Positions 19,439 to 29,333 of a stretch of DNA of 64,000 bases are shown here, piece after piece (the first letter of the stretch is position 1; the number at the start of each line of letters is the position of its first letter). The DNA is from Caldisericia bacterium. GTDB lineage: Bacteria; Caldisericota; Caldisericia; UBA6126. The stretch is taken from assembly GCA_028700655.1 (NCBI GenBank), contig JAQVSG010000002.1, forward strand, positions 57,844 to 121,843, written 5' to 3'. Below the pieces are notes generated by a model. That model was not told where the DNA came from, searched no databases, and was given only the letters and a program-made list of their open reading frames with translations. A program made the position numbers and the translations under genes.

Positions 19439-21252
19439 AAAAGATGCCTGGATATTCTTTTCAGAAAAACCTAGACAAAGATATCCACCCGATCAAAATA
19501 ATTCTTTTTTTTGCATTTGTTCTGCTAGGATTTATATTCATTCTTTTTCGGATATTTCAGATTCAAGCTTTTCAACAAGAAAAATTTAGCAATCTGGCAA
19601 TCAACAATTATAGTCGTACTGTAACCCAAGAATGTCCTAGGGGAACCATATACGACCGAAATGGTAACGTATTGGCCAAAGATGTTCCCACCTATCATCT
19701 TTATGCATCTCCTCAAGAAATCCCCAATATTGAGTATCTTGCATCACTTCTTGAGACGTTTATTGGACTGTCTACAGAAAAAACAATCCCTACCATTGAG
19801 GAACTATACTCTTACTCAGAAGTCTTGCTAAAGGAAAATTTGACCTATGAAGAAAAAACCCGTATAGAAGAGAATAAATATAAACTCAAAGGCATTTTCA
19901 TTAAAGAAGGCTTTAAAAGATTTTACCCTTACAATGCATCTCTCTGTCATATTCTCGGATATACCGGTATGATCTCCAAAGAAGATTTGCAAAACCCCAA
20001 ACTCGTTCGTTTCAAACCCAATGAAAGAATTGGTCAAACTGGAATTGAACGATACTATGAGGATTTTTTGCACGGATTCCCTGGTATTACGAAACAAACC
20101 ATTAATGTGTTCGGATCTGTTCAAAAAGAAGATATTGAAAAAGAAGTTGTAAAGGGAGAAGATGTCTACTTAACAATTGATATCAAGCTGCAAAAAAAAG
20201 CCGAAGAAATCATATCTGATCATCGTGGATGTCTTATTTTAATGGATATTCCTACCGGGGAAATTCTTACCTGTGTTTCGAATCCAGGTTTCGATCCTAA
20301 CTACTTTTCCGGACCTAGACCAGTGGAAAAATGGAATCAATGGATTGAAAATCGATCTTTTTTTAATATAGCTAGTATGGGTCAATATCCTCCTGGTTCG
20401 ACATTGAAACCTCTCATTGCTTTGTATGGATTAACAGAAAATGTCATCACTCCCACGGAAAATCTGCTTTGCGAAGGCTCTCTCAACATTCCGGGACAAA
20501 AGGACAAATATCAATGCTGGGTATACCCATCATCTCATGGGTATATTTCCCTTTCAAAAGCGTTGCAAGTATCTTGTGATGTATATTTCTATAAGTTGGC
20601 AGATCGATTTAATATTGACCATTTTGTAGACTTTGCTGTTCAATATGGAGGACTTTCCAAAAAAACAGGGATTGACCTTACCTATGAAGAAAGCGGTTTT
20701 TTAGGGACACCCGAATGGAAAACAAAATTTAAAGGGATTCCATGGTATCGTGGAGATACTATGAATTTAGGAATCGGTCAGGGTTTTGTATCAGTAACAC
20801 CTCTTCAGATGACAAAATTATACGCGAAAATGGCTTCTTATGGAAAAGATGTAACCCCTCATCTTTTAAAACAAACCTCATCCCAAAAAGGTTTTTTTGA
20901 TCTACACCCACCTCCAGTCTCAAACAATTCGTATCAAGCCCAGATTTCTCCAAACTACTACAATATTGTTCTCGAGGGTTTGTACAAGACGACCGTATAT
21001 CCTGGAACAGCAATAGGATTACGGATACCCTCTATGAATATAGCTGCAAAAACCGGTACTGCTCTTGTTGAAGGACAAAGAGAAACACAACAACATGTAT
21101 GGATGGGAGCTATCTTTCCCTATGAGAATCCAAATCGAGTTGCCTTTCTAATGTTTGAAAATTCTTCTTTCGAATTTGCTAGTGAACTAGCTCCTTTTTT
21201 GAAAGATTTTATACTATACTATGATGAACTTTACACAACGGAGGTGAAATAA
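19435..21252 (+). CDS. mrdA: penicillin-binding protein 2 (class B transpeptidase)
   Basis: 605 aa. N-terminal TM helix and dimerisation domain. Transpeptidase motifs STLK, SCD (SxN-type) and KTGTA. Confidence 0.85.
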   Translation: MKKMPGYSFQKNLDKDIHPIKIILFFAFVLLGFIFILFRIFQIQAFQQEKFSNLAINNYSRTVTQECPRGTIYDRNGNVLAKDVPTYHLYASPQEIPNIEYLASLLETFIGLSTEKTIPTIEELYSYSEVLLKENLTYEEKTRIEENKYKLKGIFIKEGFKRFYPYNASLCHILGYTGMISKEDLQNPKLVRFKPNERIGQTGIERYYEDFLHGFPGITKQTINVFGSVQKEDIEKEVVKGEDVYLTIDIKLQKKAEEIISDHRGCLILMDIPTGEILTCVSNPGFDPNYFSGPRPVEKWNQWIENRSFFNIASMGQYPPGSTLKPLIALYGLTENVITPTENLLCEGSLNIPGQKDKYQCWVYPSSHGYISLSKALQVSCDVYFYKLADRFNIDHFVDFAVQYGGLSKKTGIDLTYEESGFLGTPEWKTKFKGIPWYRGDTMNLGIGQGFVSVTPLQMTKLYAKMASYGKDVTPHLLKQTSSQKGFFDLHPPPVSNNSYQAQISPNYYNIVLEGLYKTTVYPGTAIGLRIPSMNIAAKTGTALVEGQRETQQHVWMGAIFPYENPNRVAFLMFENSSFEFASELAPFLKDFILYYDELYTTEVK

Positions 21253-21969
21253 TTGCCTGCAAAAAGAACACCGGACTCAGTTGTAAGTTTTAAAGGTTTT
21301 TCTGAAGGAATTCTTATGTCTTTGATGCTCCACGATTTTGAATTTGACAAGGTCATACGCAAAGCTGTTTCGATCTATAAAAAGAAGCAAGACTTTTTTG
21401 GTGCCAATGTGGATCTTTATGCAACAGGCTTTGATAGAGAGTTAACTGACGACGAAGGGGGTATGGTGCGGAAAATGTTTGCATATTTGATTCAAAAACC
21501 TGTTCATACCTATCGAGACAACACCCCTAACTCTCTACAAACATCATCTCTTACTCAACCAACTGACACGTCTTTCTCTTCTCTTAATGCTTCGTCCGAT
21601 AATCCCGAGAAAGTCTCCTCTTTTTCAGATCCAAATGAATTTTTGGTCATTGGAAAAAATGTACGAGCAGGCGTGGTTGTTCAATCTCCCGGTAATATTA
21701 TTGTGTTTGGTGATATCCACTCAGGTGCAAAAGTTATTGCAGGGAAATCTTTGTATGTTTTCGGTTCAATCAAAGGTGAAGCTGGTTTTGGACAACATCC
21801 TGAATGCAAACAGGCGATCCTTGCTTGTAAAGAAATCAAAGCGATGCGGATTATCGCAGCAAATCAATCTCTTGACAATACAATTACAACCCTTGGAGAA
21901 ACTTCTATACCGGTATATATATATTTGAATGAAGGAGATGTGAGTATTGTAAAAATCACACACGATTAA
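21253..21969 (+). CDS. minC: septum site-determining protein MinC
   Basis: TTG start 6 nt after GGAGGTG. The C-terminal beta-helix region VVVQSPGNIIVFGDIHSGAKVIAGKSLYVFGSIKGEA is typical of MinC. Confidence 0.8.
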   Translation: MPAKRTPDSVVSFKGFSEGILMSLMLHDFEFDKVIRKAVSIYKKKQDFFGANVDLYATGFDRELTDDEGGMVRKMFAYLIQKPVHTYRDNTPNSLQTSSLTQPTDTSFSSLNASSDNPEKVSSFSDPNEFLVIGKNVRAGVVVQSPGNIIVFGDIHSGAKVIAGKSLYVFGSIKGEAGFGQHPECKQAILACKEIKAMRIIAANQSLDNTITTLGETSIPVYIYLNEGDVSIVKITHD

Positions 21970-21970
21970 T

Positions 21971-22768
21971 ATGGGACAAATCATTGTTTTCACCTCCGGT
22001 AAAGGGGGTGTTGGTAAATCCACTTTGGTCGCAAATATTGGTACAAGTATCGCTCTTGCAAAAAAAAGAGTTGTTGTTATTGACATGGATATTGGTTTGC
22101 GAAATCTAGACATGATTATTGGTCTCGAAAGAAAAGTCAAAGCCAACATTGTGGATCTTACAAAAAATTTATGCACATTGGACGATGCCTTGGTATATGA
22201 CAAGCGAACCCAAAATTATTTAGCCCTCATCGCTGCATCTCAAAGTGATCTAAAAAAAGATATCAATCTTTTCAAGTTTCACAAAGTTCTCAACGATTTA
22301 GAAGAGATTTTTGACTATATCATTATTGATTCTCCTGCAGGCATTGAAGAAGGTTTTAACAAATCGGTCTTTTTCGCAAAAAAAGCCATTGTTGTAGTCA
22401 ATCCAGAAATTTCCTCCATTCGAGATGCTGACAGAGTATTGGCTTTACTCGAAAACCACCGGATAAAAAAAGAAATCTTTTTACTCATTAACCGGTATCG
22501 TAAAGATTTAAGCCAGCGGAGCTACTATATTTCTGCAACTGAAATTATAGACCTTTTGCATGTTCCTTGTATTGGTATCATTTCTGAAGATGAACGAGTT
22601 TTGCGACAAAACAATTCGGGTGTACCCTTTGTATACCAAAGCAGCTTTTCGGTTTCAACGGAAGTTAAAGACGTAACCGATAAGATTGTCGGCAAAACGA
22701 AGTCTATTAAAAGAAATGCTCCCCCTTCCAAATCCATATGGGAAAAAATGAAAAAGAATTCTATATAA
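21971..22768 (+). CDS. minD: septum site-determining ATPase MinD
   Basis: 265 aa. Deviant Walker A GKGGVGKST. Full-length ParA/MinD fold with C-terminal amphipathic helix. Confidence 0.95.
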   Translation: MGQIIVFTSGKGGVGKSTLVANIGTSIALAKKRVVVIDMDIGLRNLDMIIGLERKVKANIVDLTKNLCTLDDALVYDKRTQNYLALIAASQSDLKKDINLFKFHKVLNDLEEIFDYIIIDSPAGIEEGFNKSVFFAKKAIVVVNPEISSIRDADRVLALLENHRIKKEIFLLINRYRKDLSQRSYYISATEIIDLLHVPCIGIISEDERVLRQNNSGVPFVYQSSFSVSTEVKDVTDKIVGKTKSIKRNAPPSKSIWEKMKKNSI

Positions 22769-22777
22769 GGAGAACAT

Positions 22778-23011
22778 ATGCCTTCCAAGTTAACAGACCG
22801 CTTAAAAAGAATTTTAGATGAAGATAGAAAAGTTTTATCCCCACAAAGTGAAAGAGACCTTCGGAAAAAATTAGCTGCAGTGTTAAGCCAATATTTTCCG
22901 ATTGATCAAAGAAAACTACACATTCGCGTCGTTAGAACCAATTATCAAACTTCCTACGAGTTAACGGCTGAAATGCCCATAAAAAAAAGTGAGTTAGACA
23001 AAGAAAAATGA
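22778..23011 (+). CDS. minE: cell division topological specificity factor MinE
   Basis: 77 aa. Position directly after minD. N-terminal basic/amphipathic segment. Sequence similarity to MinE is moderate, so the call rests partly on context. Confidence 0.6.
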   Translation: MPSKLTDRLKRILDEDRKVLSPQSERDLRKKLAAVLSQYFPIDQRKLHIRVVRTNYQTSYELTAEMPIKKSELDKEK

Positions 23012-24171
23012 AAATTCTTCAAACAGGTGATTTTTTCTTTGGTATTCAGAATATGGGGAAAAAAGAACCATACCCGTATGGTTTTTCTCAAATACACGAT
23101 TATGTTCGTTATTTATCTTTTATCTGCCAATATGCAATCGATCACCAAATAGATGTAGTGCTACTTTCCGGCAATCTTTTCTTTTCTTCTTTACCCAACG
23201 ACTTCCTCCAATCGGTTGTGCGAGAACGTATAAAAGACTTGGCCCAATCCAATATTCATTGCGTTGTATTGTCTGGAAAATATGATCAACCCTGCCAAGG
23301 TACTTCCTTTTTAGAGATGCTTCCTTCTCTATCTTTTCAGTATGTTCACACTATGCAGAAAGACGAATGTATTGTTTTAAAAAAAGACTCTGATGCTTTG
23401 CAAATTGCAGCACTCCCCTATAAAAAGATGAGCCCATCAGACGCAACTAGTCTTTCCTCTCGTTCAGAAATTGCAGAAAATCGGATTTCCAAACTGATTC
23501 CAAAGATCCAACCCGATCTATTTTCTGTCCTTTTTATGCAGGCCACTCTTTCATTCTTAGAACCCTTTTTTTTACTTCCCGATATACCTGCATTTCATGC
23601 CTCCTATTTACAAAGTCTTCCTTTTCAATATTTTGCCTTTGGTGGTCAACCCTTCAAAAAGATTGAGAAACTGTCGACATTGGAATCGTGGATTGGGTAC
23701 CCAGGTTCTTTGGGTGAATTTGAGTATGCAGACTCCACCATTGAAAGAGGCTTTCTTGTGTACGATTCTCTTTCTATTTCTGAACCTCCTCACTTCATTC
23801 CAAACCCTGAGCAAAGATTAACTGCTCTTATCCGCATTTCTGCCAATTCAGAAAAAGAAATTATGGAAAAACTGAACGAGGAGTTTCTTTTAAATGATTA
23901 CCGTGAACATATAACGCGAATTGTTTTACACACCGATGCAAATTTATCATTACCTTCAATTCATGGTAGTTTTGAAGAACATTGTTTTCATATTCACAGC
24001 ATTGAACAACAGGGTAAACAATTGCGTTATGTTGGCGATGAAGAAATACTGCCCATTCGTAGATATGTCGATTTCTATCTTGAAGAAAAGCGTTTACCAT
24101 TGCCGGAAATCTTGGAAGAAGAAGTGAATACTCATTGCTTATCCTACTTATATAACGAGTTGCCAGAATGA
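23008..24171 (+). CDS. SbcD/Mre11-like calcineurin-fold protein with all metal-binding motifs substituted (predicted inactive nuclease)
   Basis: 387 aa, collinear with E. coli SbcD. Motif I is MKILQTGDFFFG (SbcD: MRILHTSDWHLG). Motif II is LLSGNLFF (SbcD: VAGDVFD). Motif III is VVLSGKYD (SbcD: VLAGNHD). Later motifs are FAFGGQ and GYPGS instead of GH-containing motifs. The start overlaps the minE stop (ATGA). Confidence 0.75.
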   Translation: MKILQTGDFFFGIQNMGKKEPYPYGFSQIHDYVRYLSFICQYAIDHQIDVVLLSGNLFFSSLPNDFLQSVVRERIKDLAQSNIHCVVLSGKYDQPCQGTSFLEMLPSLSFQYVHTMQKDECIVLKKDSDALQIAALPYKKMSPSDATSLSSRSEIAENRISKLIPKIQPDLFSVLFMQATLSFLEPFFLLPDIPAFHASYLQSLPFQYFAFGGQPFKKIEKLSTLESWIGYPGSLGEFEYADSTIERGFLVYDSLSISEPPHFIPNPEQRLTALIRISANSEKEIMEKLNEEFLLNDYREHITRIVLHTDANLSLPSIHGSFEEHCFHIHSIEQQGKQLRYVGDEEILPIRRYVDFYLEEKRLPLPEILEEEVNTHCLSYLYNELPE

Positions 24172-27140
24172 TTCCACTCAAACTCACAATCCACAATTTT
24201 TTATCCTACAAAGGAACCCACCAACTGGATTTAGAAAACACCCGCTCTTTGATCATTACAGGTGATAATGGAGCTGGTAAAAGCAGTATCTTGGATGCAA
24301 TTTTATTCGCACTCTTTGGGTATACAAGAATTTCTAACAACCAACAAAGTTCTGCCAATATTATTCACTTTGAAGAAACAATGGCGTTTTCAGAATTTAC
24401 ATTTTTACTTCATGATGCCTGTTTTAGAATCAAACGAAGTACAAACCCTATACATTCTTTAGAAATCAAGGAGAGAAAACGTACCAATTGGAAAAATATA
24501 ACGAAAGAATCCGATCAAGAAACGCAAACCTTTATCGAAAAAGCACTTCATATTAATTTAAATAGTCTCTTCATGACCACCATAATGAGCTCTTCATTCT
24601 ATCACCAAAAAGATTTCTTAGACTATTCAGAAGAAGAAAGATATCAACGATTGGCTGGTTTTTTAGGACTATCCCTATTTCAAAATGCCTACGATCACAC
24701 CCAGAAAGATCTCTTTCAATATTCTGTACGAAAACAGGTTCTGGAAGAATACATCCATCAAAACAAAAATAAGTTCACGCAAAAAAAAGCTTTGCAAAAA
24801 ATTTTGGATGAAGAAATCGAAAAAAAGAATCAGCTTGAAATCGACCTTACCAAAATAAAAGACTCCATTGAATGTTTAGAAATCGAAATTGTTACAATCC
24901 GTCAACAATTGGATAATAAATCCCATCTTATGGATCAAATTCATCAACTTCGAAACTTTCAAAACGATCAGCGAAAAGAAAAATCTAAAATTCTTGAGGC
25001 ATTGAATCAACTACAACAATCTATCTCTTTACAACATGAAATTGAAAACGGTTACAAACAACTTTTAGACCTAATTCAACGAAACAAAATTCTCAATGAA
25101 AACCTGGAGCAAAGACAACGCATCGAACTGCAGATGAACGAGATTCAGAATTGCATTGAACAAGAAGAAATGGAATTAAAAGTCAAACGGAATGAACTTG
25201 AACAAAAAGAAATGGAGTATTCTCAAGAAAAAAGTTTGCTTCCCGATCTAAACTTTAAGATGCATGATATTCAATCAAAACTTAAAGAAATGGGAAAACA
25301 GAGATATCAGATTGAAAAATTAGAACAAGAAAAGAACGAGATACAAAACCAAATTTCTTCTTTAAACGAAAATACGGGGATGCTAAAACAGGAAAGAGTT
25401 GCAATACTAGAAACATACAGTACTATATCAAAACAGATTTCTGATCACGAACAAGTCATTCAGAAGGAACTTAGTACTAAAAAGAAACTGCAAACCATTC
25501 GAGAAAACAAAGAAAAAGTAAAACTCCTGCAAAGCAACATCGAAATTGAATACAATAAAAAAAAGAACCTAGAATCCCAAAATGAAAAGTTTAGTGAAAT
25601 GGCCATTCAGTTAAAAGAAAAAATCCGTTTTTTGGAACTACCAAAAACAACGGAAAATCGTTGCCCACTTTGCGGTACACCTTTAAGCAAAGACAAAGAA
25701 GCGGATATTCTTCTAAATTACCGTAGAGACCTTGAAATGAGAGAAACAACCCTAGAAAAGAACGCAAACACAATTCAACGAATCACCACAAAAATTGAGT
25801 CGCTACAAAGCGAGATTCTTATTCTTTCTGCTGATTTTGACCAAGAGGAGGAATTACAGAACTTGTATATGAAAATTCAAGAATGTAAGTCCACGATAGG
25901 CAAAATTACAGAAAATCACTATCGAGCGAAGCTGCAAGAGTCCAAAATTGAAGAAGAAATGAACAAGGTAACCCACAAGATCGCCAACTTGAAAAGTCGA
26001 TTTAAAACAATCGACAAGCAGTATGTTGAGGCTATGTTTGTTGTATCCAACCAATCGGTTCATGAAAACAGTTTGAGCGAACTACACTTACAGATTTCTA
26101 GTGCTCTTGAAGCAGATCAAAAGCTGCCGTCCGTCACGAAACAACTCATTGATATTAAACGAAGAATTGAAACAAAAAATTATGCCACCGACCAATGGAA
26201 GAAAGTAAACGATTTAAAGCTCAAGTTTTTTGCTATCCATTATAGTGCTCAAGAACACGAAAACATAAAAAATAAAATCAACCAGCTTAAGTATTTTGAA
26301 ACCGAAAAGAGAATTATGGATGAAAAGCTAAATGAAAAAGGGAGAATCTTAAATCAACTGAATGACATTGAAGATAAACTTGAAGAATTAGATACTGATA
26401 TTTCTATACTCGTCGAAAAAATAAAGAATATTGCGTATCAAAAAAACGATCTTGAGGAGGCGGAAACAAATGTAGAAAAATTCACACATCAAAAAGATTC
26501 TTGTACTCAAGAAAAAGAAGATGTAATGGTGTCGATTGCAAAACATGAAAGAGACATGGAAATTATTTTTGAAGTACAAAAGGAATTTGAAAAATCCCAA
26601 AAAGAATTGGATGATCTTCATACAAAAACTCAAATTGTCACTTTTTGTCAACAAGTTTTTTCTGATCAAAACCTTCCCACCTATATCCTGTACAGAGTTT
26701 TGCCTCTATTAGAAAGAGATGTCAATAGAATTCTGAGAAGTATTTCTAAAGAAACCTTAACCGTCTATATTTCTGTTAATAAAGATTCCATGTATGGCCA
26801 ACAGAAGATTTCTGTTTCCATTTCCAACATTAACAATACGATTGATTTCCCTTACTTAAGTCAAGGAGAACGATTTTGTATCCATATAGCGTTTCGCCTT
26901 GCTTTGTCTCGTTTATTACAGCAAAGCAAAGTGATAGAATCTCCATTTTTATGTATTGATAATGACTTTGGATCTTTAGATTTTTCTAGCAAACATCAAA
27001 TTATGTATACCCTGTTAAGAATTCAGGAACATTTCAATAAAGTCTTCTTGATATCTCATAATAACGAGTTTCAAAATTCATTTGATCAACACTTATTGGT
27101 TGAAAAAAAGCTAAAAGCATCAAATTTTTCATTTATTTAA
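24168..27140 (+). CDS. SbcC/Rad50-like SMC-family ATPase with zinc hook, degenerate signature and Walker B
   Basis: 990 aa. Walker A GDNGAGKSS. Long coiled-coil. Central CPLCG zinc hook. C-terminal head with LSQGE (SbcC: LSGGE), Walker B FLCIDN-DFGSLD (SbcC: LFLDE-GFGTLD, i.e. E to N), and H-loop LISHN. The start overlaps the upstream stop (ATGA). Confidence 0.8.
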   Translation: MIPLKLTIHNFLSYKGTHQLDLENTRSLIITGDNGAGKSSILDAILFALFGYTRISNNQQSSANIIHFEETMAFSEFTFLLHDACFRIKRSTNPIHSLEIKERKRTNWKNITKESDQETQTFIEKALHINLNSLFMTTIMSSSFYHQKDFLDYSEEERYQRLAGFLGLSLFQNAYDHTQKDLFQYSVRKQVLEEYIHQNKNKFTQKKALQKILDEEIEKKNQLEIDLTKIKDSIECLEIEIVTIRQQLDNKSHLMDQIHQLRNFQNDQRKEKSKILEALNQLQQSISLQHEIENGYKQLLDLIQRNKILNENLEQRQRIELQMNEIQNCIEQEEMELKVKRNELEQKEMEYSQEKSLLPDLNFKMHDIQSKLKEMGKQRYQIEKLEQEKNEIQNQISSLNENTGMLKQERVAILETYSTISKQISDHEQVIQKELSTKKKLQTIRENKEKVKLLQSNIEIEYNKKKNLESQNEKFSEMAIQLKEKIRFLELPKTTENRCPLCGTPLSKDKEADILLNYRRDLEMRETTLEKNANTIQRITTKIESLQSEILILSADFDQEEELQNLYMKIQECKSTIGKITENHYRAKLQESKIEEEMNKVTHKIANLKSRFKTIDKQYVEAMFVVSNQSVHENSLSELHLQISSALEADQKLPSVTKQLIDIKRRIETKNYATDQWKKVNDLKLKFFAIHYSAQEHENIKNKINQLKYFETEKRIMDEKLNEKGRILNQLNDIEDKLEELDTDISILVEKIKNIAYQKNDLEEAETNVEKFTHQKDSCTQEKEDVMVSIAKHERDMEIIFEVQKEFEKSQKELDDLHTKTQIVTFCQQVFSDQNLPTYILYRVLPLLERDVNRILRSISKETLTVYISVNKDSMYGQQKISVSISNINNTIDFPYLSQGERFCIHIAFRLALSRLLQQSKVIESPFLCIDNDFGSLDFSSKHQIMYTLLRIQEHFNKVFLISHNNEFQNSFDQHLLVEKKLKASNFSFI

Positions 27141-27141
27141 A

Positions 27142-27169
27142 TTGACAAAACCGGAATGTTTTTTTTAAT
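27142..27169 (+). promoter_or_regulatory. putative sigma-70-type promoter for the kor operon (TTGACA-16nt-TTTAAT)
   Basis: TTGACA at 27142-27147 and TTTAAT at 27164-27169, about 40 nt upstream of the korD start. Confidence 0.35.
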
Positions 27170-27207
27170 GATGAACGTAATTAATGCTTTGAAAGCAGGT
27201 AAATATC

Positions 27208-27408
27208 TTGAAAAAAGTAAACGATGTTGTAATTAACGAGTTGCGTTGTAAGCGTTGCAGTATCTGTGTACAGATCTGCCCGAAAAAAGTTTTTGCGATC
27301 GATTCCACGGGATATGTCTTCGTCGAAGACTTACCATCGTGTATTGGATGTCTTTCCTGTCAAGAACATTGTCCGGATTTAGCTGTTGAGGTAATTTTCA
27401 ATGAGTAA
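27208..27408 (+). CDS. korD: 2-oxoacid:ferredoxin oxidoreductase delta subunit (2x[4Fe-4S] ferredoxin)
   Basis: 66 aa with CKRCSICVQICP and CIGCLSCQEHCP. TTG start per the ORF track. Confidence 0.8.
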   Translation: MKKVNDVVINELRCKRCSICVQICPKKVFAIDSTGYVFVEDLPSCIGCLSCQEHCPDLAVEVIFNE

Positions 27409-28525
27409 ACAAAGAGAAATTTTACAAGGTGCCGAAGCATGCGTTAAGGGTGCTATTAAAGCAGGTATTGGCTTTTTTGCGGGATATCCCATTACGCCTT
27501 CTACAGAAATAGCAGAATTGTTATCCACGGAGTTAGCAAAAGAAGAAAAGATCTTCATTCAAATGGAAGATGAAATTGCAAGCATCACGGCAATTATTGG
27601 AGCTTCTTTAGCGGGAAAGAAATCCATGACAGCAACATCAGGCCCAGGCTTCTCATTAATGCAAGAAGGGCTTGGTTATGCAACCATCGCCGAAGTACCT
27701 ATTGTTGTTGTGAATGTACAACGAGGTGGACCTTCCACAGGTTTACCAACAAAAGTATCTCAAGGAGATGTAATGCAATCAAAATGGGGCACGCATGGAG
27801 ATCACCCCGTGATTGTATTAAGCCCCTGTTCTGTACAAGAGCTTTACGAAATGACTATTCAAGCATTTAACCTAGCTGAAAAATACCGTAACCCTGTCGT
27901 TATTTTAACTACAGAAACCATTGTCCACATGAGAGAAAAGGTTGAGATTGATCCCTTTGAAACCGTGGATATTTTTAATCGGATTCTTCCTTCGATTAAC
28001 CCCGGAGACACATATCTACCCTACGGTAAATTTTCTGATGATGTTCCTATTATGGGTAACATCGGAGATGGTTACGGAACCAGTGTAACTGGATTGGTAC
28101 ATATGGAAAATGGATTCCAGAGTGCAGACTATGAGGTGGCAGATCGCCTTGTCCGTAGAATACATCGGAAAATCGAAAAGCATACCTCTGATCTCTTTGA
28201 CATAGAAATCTTGAATCCCGATGCTGAAACGATGTTTATTTCCTACGGAGTAGCCAGCCGCACAGTAAAATCATTGATCTATACGAACCACCCTGAAATT
28301 GGCTTGGTTCGACCAAAAACCCTGTTCCCGATTGATCCAATAAAAATTCAACAAGCCACCAAAAATGCGAAACGTATTGTTGTTTCAGAGTTAAATCTTG
28401 GGCAATATTACTTTGAAATGCAACGAATCTTGCCTCATAAAAAAGTGCATCTTATAGAGAAAATTGGCGGAGAATTGATATCACCAAATGAAATGCTCAG
28501 AAGAATCGAGGAACTCCATGATTAA
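27401..28525 (+). CDS. korA: 2-oxoacid:ferredoxin oxidoreductase alpha subunit
   Basis: 374 aa of the KorA/PorA/VorA family (…GYPITPSTEI…). Overlaps korD by 8 nt. Confidence 0.85.
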   Translation: MSKQREILQGAEACVKGAIKAGIGFFAGYPITPSTEIAELLSTELAKEEKIFIQMEDEIASITAIIGASLAGKKSMTATSGPGFSLMQEGLGYATIAEVPIVVVNVQRGGPSTGLPTKVSQGDVMQSKWGTHGDHPVIVLSPCSVQELYEMTIQAFNLAEKYRNPVVILTTETIVHMREKVEIDPFETVDIFNRILPSINPGDTYLPYGKFSDDVPIMGNIGDGYGTSVTGLVHMENGFQSADYEVADRLVRRIHRKIEKHTSDLFDIEILNPDAETMFISYGVASRTVKSLIYTNHPEIGLVRPKTLFPIDPIKIQQATKNAKRIVVSELNLGQYYFEMQRILPHKKVHLIEKIGGELISPNEMLRRIEELHD

Positions 28526-29333
28526 AGGCGAGAAATTTCTAAATCCTGATCGTCTTCCTACAATATGGTGCCCTGGATGTGGCAATGGTATTGTATTACA
28601 CGCTGCTATGGAAACTCTTGAAGAGATGGGTTGTACAAAAAAAGATGTGATATGTATCTCTGGCATAGGATGTTCCTCCCGATCTGGCACATATACACAA
28701 TTTGACCAAGTCCATACATTGCATGGTCGTGCCATTCCATTTGCTACTGCCATTAAACTTGCTAGGCCTGATAAAAAAGTGATCGTTTTCACAGGCGATG
28801 GAGATGCAAGTGCAATAGGAGGTAATCACCTAATTCATGCAGCAAGACGAAACATCGATATTACTGTCATTGTATTCAACAATAGCATATATGGCATGAC
28901 GGGGGGTCAAGTGTCTCCCTTGACAGGTTCTTATAAAAAAGGAACCACAGCCCGTTTTGGAAATTATGAAAACCGATTTGATCTTGTACATCTTGCTATT
29001 GGTGCCGGAGCAACATATGTAGCAAGAACTGGCACTTACTACTACCGTCACATGAAGAAATACATGGAAAAAGGGTTTTCAAGAAAAGGGTTTTCCTTAC
29101 TTGAAGTGGTAACACAATGTCCTGTTTACTATGGACGTTTAAATGGTACGCCTGATCCTTACAAAATGATGATGGAACAAAAAGACATGCTCGTTTTACA
29201 ATCTAAGTATGACGCCCTATCGGTGGAGGATCAAGCATCCCACTTGCCCATGGGTGAATTTATTGAAGACAATCAGCAATTATCCTATATTGAAAAACGC
29301 GAGCAACTCTTAAAAAAGGTGAGAGAATCATGA
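28518..29333 (+). CDS. korB: 2-oxoacid:ferredoxin oxidoreductase beta subunit (TPP-binding)
   Basis: Start at ATG 28518 (GAGGA RBS, 8-nt overlap with the korA stop). TPP motif FTGDGDASAIGGNHLIHAARRN and N-terminal WCPGCGNG. Confidence 0.85.
   Translation: MIKGEKFLNPDRLPTIWCPGCGNGIVLHAAMETLEEMGCTKKDVICISGIGCSSRSGTYTQFDQVHTLHGRAIPFATAIKLARPDKKVIVFTGDGDASAIGGNHLIHAARRNIDITVIVFNNSIYGMTGGQVSPLTGSYKKGTTARFGNYENRFDLVHLAIGAGATYVARTGTYYYRHMKKYMEKGFSRKGFSLLEVVTQCPVYYGRLNGTPDPYKMMMEQKDMLVLQSKYDALSVEDQASHLPMGEFIEDNQQLSYIEKREQLLKKVRES

Noticed and set aside
21253-21316. Alternative minC start at ATG 21316 instead of TTG 21253.
   Set aside because: TTG 21253 is preceded at ideal spacing by GGAGGTG and abuts the PBP2 stop. 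The ATG at 21316 has no RBS, so the TTG start was retained.
23008-27140. Possibility that the SbcCD-like genes are ordinary, active sbcCD.
   Set aside because: The manual alignment to E. coli SbcD and SbcC is collinear and unambiguous at the motif positions. Every metal ligand in SbcD and the Walker-B Glu in SbcC are replaced. They are therefore treated as degenerate (see the finding), pending profile-based confirmation.
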